Below are positions 27,241 through 33,717 of a stretch of 33,717 nt of DNA, in pieces (the stretch's first letter is position 1; each line of letters opens with the position of its first letter). The notes beneath the pieces are model-generated. The model was not told the DNA's origin. It saw only the letters and a program-made list of their open reading frames with translations, and ran no database searches. A program made the translations under genes and the position numbers. Origin of the DNA: Myxococcota bacterium (GTDB taxonomy: Bacteria > Myxococcota_A > UBA796). The stretch covers positions 1-33,717 of the forward strand of contig JAYYRF010000477.1 of NCBI GenBank assembly GCA_036127535.1. Direction: 5' to 3'.

Positions 27241-27687
27241 CTAGAAAAGCTGATCGAGTCGATTGTCCAAATCTCGCAGACGCGTACAAGCATTTTGGAG
27301 CGTGTATTGAAGAAGCTTATGCATAGCGGGCTGTCCGTCTGCCACCATCTGGTGAAAGCCGTGCCCCGGTATTTTGAGAACCACCGAATCGGTATCGCTG
27401 TATATGCTCGCGGAACGTGCCGTGTTTTCAAACACCCCCATTTCGCCAAATACTTCTCCTTGGGAGAGACGCCCTACGTCTAATTCTTCTCCGGAAGAAT
27501 CTTGCACGCGAATGGAGAGCGAACCTTTAAAAAGCACGTACATATCCTCGGACATCTCACCTTGTGCGATAATAATCTGTCCCGGAGGTAAAACCATAAC
27601 TTCGCAATATTTGGCCAGTTCTTCGGCTTCGCGCGGCGAAAGGCCTGAAAAAATGGGATGACTTCGGATGGTGGCTACGTTGTTCAT
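27241..27687 (-). CDS. Stand-alone cyclic-nucleotide-binding domain protein, canonical binding cassette
   Basis: IFSGLS, GQIIIAQGE, MYVLFKG, GEVFGEMGVFENTARSAS; C-helix RLRDLD; no HTH. Confidence 0.9.
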   Translation of the reverse strand: MNNVATIRSHPIFSGLSPREAEELAKYCEVMVLPPGQIIIAQGEMSEDMYVLFKGSLSIRVQDSSGEELDVGRLSQGEVFGEMGVFENTARSASIYSDTDSVVLKIPGHGFHQMVADGQPAMHKLLQYTLQNACTRLRDLDNRLDQLF

Positions 27688-29213
27688 GACACACTCGCAT
27701 GTTGGATGGATAGGACGTTGGTACCCAAAATGATGAGTTGATCTACCTCGAGGGTCTTTTTACCAGTCAATTCTACAAAGACCCCGCTTTCTAGTATATA
27801 ACTTTGGCAATGATTGTGTAGTTGTTCTATAAAAAAAGAGTCTTTTTCACAATATAAACGCGCCTGTTTACGCCCCATCAAGGCACGCTCCATTGTAAAA
27901 CCGCTCTCCTTTGCTTTTTGAGCCTGTGGCGTAGAAGCCCACACGATATTGTTTTGGGCACGGTGATCGCGCAGATTAATGCCGAAATCTCTTTGTTCTC
28001 GCCCCAAATCGATCTTGGTACCCGGCGTCAGGGGCGTTGCGCTTTCTTCTTCTCCGAGAACCAGTCCCATAAAAGCACCGTGTCCCAGCGGCCTAAAATG
28101 TAATTTAAAGTCGCCCGCCCGAATCATCGTCGCTGTGGTTAACGGCAAGATTTGGCCGATCGCAACCTGAACATCTCCCACATAAATGTTGCCGGAGAGA
28201 GACTGAAGGCTGATTGAATTAATGGACACTTGGAGGCAGAAAAGCGGATTGGTGCTCTTGGGTGTCCATCTACCACTGTGGTTTAGATAGTACTGGTATC
28301 CGACGACCACATCGCTAATGGGCAACCGCGGTAGAGCGATACCGTGCATTTTCAATTTTTTGAACAAGCTCTTGCGGTCGACGATCAGCGTCATCGCCGA
28401 GGAATGCTGCTCTTGTTCCTCGAGGCGCGCTTGTACATATCCTTCCAAAAACTTATGTTCAGCGATCACCCAGTGCGACCCCTTCTGTATCCACTCCCAT
28501 CGCTGCTTGGGAGAGATTTTATATCCACAAAGCCAAAGGGATTGGGGGGCTACATGAGAGAAGATTCCGAGAACCTGATCGAGTTCTTGCCCGGAAGGCG
28601 GGAAGTCGAGCAGCAAGATTTCGGGATCTTGGGGCATGCTTGAAATGGTCTCACCATTTCGAAGCAGAACCAAGCGATTTTCCAAAAGGGCTTTTTCCAA
28701 GGCCTCGGGCAGGTGAACTTGGTCGCGAAGAACGATGCGATACACCTGTACGTTGCGAAAGAACCCCTTGAAGAAGAAATCGCCCACCTCTTCCCAAGCC
28801 TGCTCGGATTGGTTCATGGAGAGAAACGTCGACTGCGCAAACCAAATCTCGTTCACCGGTGTCTTGGACAGAATGCGACTGGCGAGATTCACACAATCCC
28901 CAAAGTAATCGTTGGAGATTTCTTCTACGTCTCCGGTGGCTATCGCGATACGAACGTTGAAACTGAGTTCTTCGGACAAAGACTCCAATAGGTTCACACC
29001 GGCTTTGATCGCGTCGGTGGCAGAGGAGAACAACGTCATAAAAGAGTCGCCGATATTTTTGACGACGGTTCCGCCTGCTTCTTCTAGAACCATGGCGACT
29101 TTTTCTTCGTGTTCGCCGATGAGTTGACGCAGCCGACTTCGGTCACTGCTGCTGACGGCAGCGGTGTAGTTCGCCATGTCGGTAAAGAGAACTGTCAAGG
29201 TTTTAGTTGCCAT
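27684..29213 (-). CDS. Class III adenylate cyclase with receiver-like middle region and FHA-like C-terminal domain(s)
   Basis: LFTDM, VVKNIGDSFM, RIAIATG, DYFGDCVNLASRI: both metal Asp, the Lys/Asp ATP-specifying pair and the Asn/Arg pair are present. No TM helix. Confidence 0.88.
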   Translation of the reverse strand: MATKTLTVLFTDMANYTAAVSSSDRSRLRQLIGEHEEKVAMVLEEAGGTVVKNIGDSFMTLFSSATDAIKAGVNLLESLSEELSFNVRIAIATGDVEEISNDYFGDCVNLASRILSKTPVNEIWFAQSTFLSMNQSEQAWEEVGDFFFKGFFRNVQVYRIVLRDQVHLPEALEKALLENRLVLLRNGETISSMPQDPEILLLDFPPSGQELDQVLGIFSHVAPQSLWLCGYKISPKQRWEWIQKGSHWVIAEHKFLEGYVQARLEEQEQHSSAMTLIVDRKSLFKKLKMHGIALPRLPISDVVVGYQYYLNHSGRWTPKSTNPLFCLQVSINSISLQSLSGNIYVGDVQVAIGQILPLTTATMIRAGDFKLHFRPLGHGAFMGLVLGEEESATPLTPGTKIDLGREQRDFGINLRDHRAQNNIVWASTPQAQKAKESGFTMERALMGRKQARLYCEKDSFFIEQLHNHCQSYILESGVFVELTGKKTLEVDQLIILGTNVLSIQHASVS

Positions 29214-29236
29214 ATATCACCCGAAGGTAAAAAGGG

Positions 29237-29266
29237 ATGATAACGAGATTCTTGACAATAGTCCAA
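29237..29266 (-). promoter_or_regulatory. Putative sigma70-type promoter of the cyclase operon
   Basis: Minus strand TTGGAC (29266-29261), 18 bp spacer, TATCAT (29242-29237). Confidence 0.3.
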
Positions 29267-29282
29267 CACAAAAGGGCTGGGT

Positions 29283-30473
29283 TTGGAATCTAATGATATG
29301 TTGGTAGCAGGTAATCTTTTGGGGATTTTTATGGTCGGAAAAGCGGTCGTCAAAAAATTAAAAAAGAAAGAAAAAGAGCGTCCCTTCAACGATGAAGACA
29401 CCGAAATTCAGGTTGTTGATACCGAGCACGTTGCCACCTACTGCCGCGACCCGTTGGAAAAATTGGCCAACGACGATCCGGTCATCGAGCGCGTTCTCGA
29501 CGACAATATCCGCAAGGATATTGAAGTGCAAGACGAAGACGATGACATCGGTGTTCGAACCCGCGAGCGCTACGTGCCCAAAATGCCGCTGCCGGAAGAT
29601 TTTCTGAGCCAAATGGAATGCTCTCAAGATCCAACCCAACTGCACGATTTGGAATTGAGCGTGCGCTTCTATACCGATGCAATTTATTCAAACCAAGAGA
29701 TGGCCAAGGTCTTTTTGATGGGTGTGATTCGTCAGTTGCGATATTGGATTCTCGCACAGGACGCCGAACCGACATTGGACGATGAAACCTCTCACTTTTT
29801 GTACGTACGGGATCATTTCATCCCTGCGATCGCATCGGATTACAAAGAGCTCGAACGATATTTCACCCCCGAAACCGACTTGGAAAACTTTCGACGCCTA
29901 CCGATGGAAATGGCCATCTTGGTCTCCGAACTCAATACGAAAGTCGATCAGATTCACCGGGCGCAAGAAAAACTGAGAGCCGAGGGTTTTGACCCGCTTG
30001 ACGAAGAGGCCGCGCAGTTTATCGAGTATCCGGACAGCGGTTTAATCTCTTGGATTTTAGAGAACCCCGAACTCGCGCAAAAAGTGTTGGACAACCCCGA
30101 GCAACGAGACGATCTGATCTTCAAAGCGTGGAACGAACTGTTTCAATCAAAGGGCGTGCCCGAGTTTTTATCCCTACAAGACAAACTCGCCCAAAGCATC
30201 GACATGGATATCCAGAAAAAAGACATGCTCGTCAAATTGGAAAGCCTCATCAAAACCAGTTCCATCACCGACCTCATGCAAGAACTCGACGCGCCGGAAA
30301 ACAGCGCCATTCGCAGCGAATTTTTAGAAGCGCTCAACATCAGCCGCGATACCAGCCACCTCGATTTAATTCAGAAAATAGAGAGCCAGTATGGTGCATC
30401 CGGTGTAAGCCTGACGACCAAGGTCATCGACGATCCGCAAAGCTTCATGAACCTGTTGATCGGAACGTCTTAG
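29283..30473 (+). CDS. Hypothetical acidic helical protein with an N-terminal hydrophobic anchor
   Basis: Long ORF; hydrophobic MLVAGNLLGIFMVG followed by KKLKKKEK. Start may instead be ATG 29298. Confidence 0.75.
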   Translation: MESNDMLVAGNLLGIFMVGKAVVKKLKKKEKERPFNDEDTEIQVVDTEHVATYCRDPLEKLANDDPVIERVLDDNIRKDIEVQDEDDDIGVRTRERYVPKMPLPEDFLSQMECSQDPTQLHDLELSVRFYTDAIYSNQEMAKVFLMGVIRQLRYWILAQDAEPTLDDETSHFLYVRDHFIPAIASDYKELERYFTPETDLENFRRLPMEMAILVSELNTKVDQIHRAQEKLRAEGFDPLDEEAAQFIEYPDSGLISWILENPELAQKVLDNPEQRDDLIFKAWNELFQSKGVPEFLSLQDKLAQSIDMDIQKKDMLVKLESLIKTSSITDLMQELDAPENSAIRSEFLEALNISRDTSHLDLIQKIESQYGASGVSLTTKVIDDPQSFMNLLIGTS

Positions 30474-32692
30474 GGCGACTCTTCGTCTTGTTTCATTTCC
30501 CACAGCTCCATGCAATACTCGTTTTCGATGTGCTCTGTGCTGCAAAATCGGTCTTTTGGGACGTAGATATGTATTTTTCTCTCGGGATGTGCTTCTAGGA
30601 TTTTCGCAGCCGATTCGAGGATGGTTTTGGTTTCCAAATAGATGGTATATTGGGTTTCGACGATGGCTTTGGCCACAAGGATGGGGCAATCTTCCAGTCC
30701 ATCAAGCGAGAGGGTCTCTCCTTCGAAGGTGCGAACGAGAGCCGCCAATTCGTCTGCCGTCGGCTTCGCTTTGGATTTGTAGAAGGAAATATGCAGACTA
30801 TTTTTCTTGGCGGCGAGCGCGATGACCGCCCCTTTCTCAGGGGTTCCATGTAGCTCCAGCGACAGATGTGCCTGCGATTTCGACAGCGCACGGGCCACCG
30901 GCACCGAAAGATCGTGCACCACAAGCTTGATGCTTTTGCCGGGAAACAGAGCGATCTGGGCCGCTTGCTCGGCACTGATCGACTCAACACGGGTGAGCGA
31001 GAATCTGGATGCGCGTAGATTCTGAATCTGCGCAAAGGTATCCGGATTCGGCTGTTTCACATCCATGCTCGCACCGTGGTTGAGCAAGTAGGGTTTGCTC
31101 TCTTTGTTGTATACAATCCAATTGGGAAGGATGAGTTTTCCTTGGTAGTCGCGTAAGAATCGCATGGCATTGGTGGAGGTGCGTTCCAAACCTTTGAGCG
31201 AGAGGGTTTTCGCGCTTCCTCCGGCCAAAATCTCCGCGTGTTCGGGACGCAGCGTTTTCAGTCCATCGAGTATTAGTTCTCCCTCGGTTTGGGCAAGAAT
31301 CCGCAGTGTGTCCGCGGAAGTACTTTCCAATTTCGGTAATCGAATGTCTTCCAAATGATCTTGCATCACCTGTGCGGTTTCCGGAGACAAGCGCTGCACC
31401 CCGAGCCGAAGTTTGTCTTTGTTCCCCCACGCGAAGGGCTCCGCCAAAGCCAGCGCCATCACATCGGCATCGATTTCGCGTGCACTGTAAAAGAAGCTTC
31501 CCAGCCAGGTCGTGGTTTTCGGCTGCGCTTTCCGCTTCTCAACGACGACCCGATAGAGCGACCGGCTCAGGCGGTCAATCCCAAAATAGACCGATCGTTG
31601 CTGTCCATATCGCCGCGAACCGACTTTCATATGCTCGGTCAATGTCTGTAAATCTTCTCCATCAAAGTCCTCCAATATTCCCAGTTGCACCTTGCGCATC
31701 GCGGGACGAATCTTTTGCATGCTTCGCTTAGACAAGGTCGTCACATTGGGCAGCTCAATTGTGCCTTTGGGAAGGCTTTGAATGGCATCCATCACATTCG
31801 GGGGGAGGTCGGAAATCCCCAGCCGAAGCCATTTTCTATTTGTGGTCAAGTGCCGCATGGCGGCGGGGGATATCTTTTTAAGTTTGGGCAGATCCAAGGG
31901 ACCAGAACCCGATAGCGCCTTTGCTTCGGCCGCGGAGAGTTTTTCCAAATCGGGTAGATACAGCCCTCGTTTGCTCATGACCGCCAGACTTTTGGCCTGC
32001 TTGACCGTTAGGGAACGAACACCGTGCAGGGTCAGACGGCTCCACCGGGCATCGACCACCCCTTCGTTGAGCCATTTGGGATAGCGCTTGGCGTGGATGG
32101 TGAGCCATCCGGAATAGCCTCGCAAATGTTCAACGGACTGTGCATCCAGCGTTTCCCCGACCTGGACCTTTTTGATCCAGCGTTTGTTTGTATCGTTTAA
32201 AGGCACCTCGAGTCGTTCGATTTCCTCCAAATCAAACAAAACGTAGGGATTGCAATCAAACAGTTTTTGCGTCACCGTGTGCTTGCCTTCCACATAGATG
32301 TGATCACTTCGCTTCAGACCGGATTCTGGTGGGCACTGAGACAAGAGTTTCAGGTCGAAGTACGGAAAAAAGATTCCGCCGCGGTCTTTGCGAAGGACGC
32401 GGTATATGTCATCTGCGGTTTCAATGTTTAGGTTGGGCAAGAGACTCCAAGTATTCCAAGTCGGGGCGATGCGAACGGCGGCCGCCTCGGCATCGCTTTC
32501 CTCAAAAAGAGAAGCGGAATGATCGCCGCGGCTCACCCCGTCCCAGCCGCGCTGGTTTGTTGCGATGTCTTGATATTCCAATCCGCGCTCTTGAAAAAAA
32601 CGTTCGATTTTCTTTTCGTTCTTCTCTATTGGTATGTCTTCTGCTGGATTTGCATGAAGAAGATTTCCCATCCATAGTATAAAATGCAGCAC
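30470..32692 (-). CDS. Secreted protein with atypical LRR-like repeats (L-x-L-x-x-L-x-x-L-S-x-E-x-A-x-x-L)
   Basis: LYLPDLEKLSAAEAKAL, LDLPKLKKISPAAMRHL, LILDGLKTLRPEHAEIL, LSLKGLERTS, LSLDGLEDC. GTG 32692 with AGGAG RBS gives the short signal MLHFILWMGNLLHA. Confidence 0.75.
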   Translation of the reverse strand: MLHFILWMGNLLHANPAEDIPIEKNEKKIERFFQERGLEYQDIATNQRGWDGVSRGDHSASLFEESDAEAAAVRIAPTWNTWSLLPNLNIETADDIYRVLRKDRGGIFFPYFDLKLLSQCPPESGLKRSDHIYVEGKHTVTQKLFDCNPYVLFDLEEIERLEVPLNDTNKRWIKKVQVGETLDAQSVEHLRGYSGWLTIHAKRYPKWLNEGVVDARWSRLTLHGVRSLTVKQAKSLAVMSKRGLYLPDLEKLSAAEAKALSGSGPLDLPKLKKISPAAMRHLTTNRKWLRLGISDLPPNVMDAIQSLPKGTIELPNVTTLSKRSMQKIRPAMRKVQLGILEDFDGEDLQTLTEHMKVGSRRYGQQRSVYFGIDRLSRSLYRVVVEKRKAQPKTTTWLGSFFYSAREIDADVMALALAEPFAWGNKDKLRLGVQRLSPETAQVMQDHLEDIRLPKLESTSADTLRILAQTEGELILDGLKTLRPEHAEILAGGSAKTLSLKGLERTSTNAMRFLRDYQGKLILPNWIVYNKESKPYLLNHGASMDVKQPNPDTFAQIQNLRASRFSLTRVESISAEQAAQIALFPGKSIKLVVHDLSVPVARALSKSQAHLSLELHGTPEKGAVIALAAKKNSLHISFYKSKAKPTADELAALVRTFEGETLSLDGLEDCPILVAKAIVETQYTIYLETKTILESAAKILEAHPERKIHIYVPKDRFCSTEHIENEYCMELWEMKQDEESP

Positions 32693-32805
32693 CGCGTATC
32701 TCTCCTGTCGTGTACGCGAGGGATTCGTTGAACGTCTCTCATGTGAGACCTTTTCGGTTCGCCGCCAAGCGGTGTGCAACCAAGCCAACCAACTTCCTCG
32801 GGTAT

Positions 32806-32825
32806 ATTATACTCCTTTCGCGAAA
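32806..32825 (-). promoter_or_regulatory. Perfect -10 box with adjacent 10-bp palindrome (possible operator)
   Basis: TATAAT on minus strand at 32811-32806; TTTCGCGAAA at 32816-32825; TTGTCT 19 bp upstream of the -10. Confidence 0.3.
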
Positions 32826-32960
32826 ATCATAGACAACATACTTCTTCTTGCGTTCCCTTCTTCGATGACGGTTCATTTTTGTCAATCTGCCTTCTCGGAT
32901 TTGACGCGGCGTATTTTTATCCTAAACACAGAGAGAAAGTCTATTTTTGTGAGGTAAAGC

Positions 32961-33575
32961 ATGTTTAGCACCGGTCTTCTTTTATCCGTGTCTCTCATCG
33001 CGTGCTCGGACACCGCCGAGCAGGTGGAATCGGACACGCCCGAAAATTTGGTCACCATGCGCTTTGATTTTGGCTCGACGAAGGACGGCGACGCGGACTG
33101 GTTCGCCCTGAACGATACGGTTATGGGCGGGGTTTCGCAGGGCGCCACGGAACTGCACGACACCTCCATGGTCTTTTCGGGAACCGTCTCTACCGACAGC
33201 AACGGTGGATTTGTATCGTTGCGAAGTCCAAACGGAGAGTACGATCTTTCCCCTTACACCGACGTTGTGATTTCTTACCGACTGGAGGGACCGGAGTTCT
33301 CGATGGTTCTCGCCGATCAGACCATGTGGTACATGCCGCAGTTCAAACATGAGGTTCTCATGCAATCCGACGACTGGACGACGACGAAGGTATCCCTCTA
33401 TGACTTCAAGCAGTATGCGAGGAGCGGCTATGGCGAGAGCGAAACGGGCCTGGAGATGTCGGAAGATTACCTCTCGACGGTCATTCGCATCGAATTGATC
33501 AACTCGACCTTCCAAGACAGCGATTTCCGACTGGAAATCGACTACATCGAGTTTCAGGGGATTAAAGAAGACTGA
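32961..33575 (+). CDS. CIA30 family (complex I intermediate-associated protein 30-like, carbohydrate-binding fold) lipoprotein
   Basis: WFALNDTVMGGVSQG, FSGTVSTDSNGGFVSLR, FRLEIDYI; GAGG RBS; lipobox LIAC at Cys15. Confidence 0.88.
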   Translation: MFSTGLLLSVSLIACSDTAEQVESDTPENLVTMRFDFGSTKDGDADWFALNDTVMGGVSQGATELHDTSMVFSGTVSTDSNGGFVSLRSPNGEYDLSPYTDVVISYRLEGPEFSMVLADQTMWYMPQFKHEVLMQSDDWTTTKVSLYDFKQYARSGYGESETGLEMSEDYLSTVIRIELINSTFQDSDFRLEIDYIEFQGIKED

Positions 33576-33717
33576 TATCGGGTGCATCCCGCCCAAACCG
33601 AAAACCTTGCTCGGCTTCACCCCTGAAAGGAGATGCGTGAAACCCGTTCGCCGCGATACCAATTTCCGACGCGACGCATGAGTTTTGGGCGCGTCCACCG
33701 CCAAGTCCGAGGGGGAA

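Noticed and set aside
26752-29213. Pycsar or CBASS anti-phage system
   Set aside because: The cyclase has ATP-type specificity residues, the CNB proteins have no TM or TIR effector, and the context is not a defence island. Kept only as an analogy.
29252-29257. Perfect TTGACA as promoter for the 29283 gene
   Set aside because: No -10-like hexamer 16-18 bp downstream.
33626-33681. AAGGAG followed by GTG micro-ORF MKPVRRDTNFRRDA
   Set aside because: RBS spacing is short, the peptide is featureless, and context is cut by the window end.
32982-33704. 240-aa minus-strand ORF, and similar long antisense ORFs (19471-20229, 20427-21326, 8033-8620)
   Set aside because: Shadows of well-supported genes on the opposite strand; no motifs of their own.

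Overview
Gene-dense bacterial chromosomal window with about 30 CDS. I found no rRNA, tRNA, CRISPR array, integrase, transposase or reverse transcriptase. The gene content (Pkn2-type kinase fused to an FGE-sulfatase domain, stand-alone cNMP-binding proteins, GT-C membrane proteins, very short lipoprotein signal peptides) suggests a Myxococcota/deltaproteobacterial-type genome; this is inference only. Housekeeping genes are a compact ppa, gpsA, galU, priA and an RlmI/RlmK-family rRNA methyltransferase. Best candidates for undescribed biology: (1) a translationally coupled five-gene operon of class III adenylate cyclase (pseudo-receiver plus FHA-like tail), two stand-alone cNMP-binding proteins (one canonical, one degenerate), rRNA methyltransferase and M14 deacylase; (2) a class II aldolase with a CxxCxxC motif and a microcompartment-encapsulation-peptide-like tail, co-transcribed with gpsA but without shell genes nearby; (3) a lipid-anchored fibre with 22 IxxNTxx-type heptads, like an autotransporter stalk without a beta-barrel; (4) an apparently truncated gene whose 3' part is replaced by the kinase-FGE gene; (5) a three-gene unknown cassette behind a long leader with a micro-ORF. 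All calls come from motif reading by eye; no searches were run.
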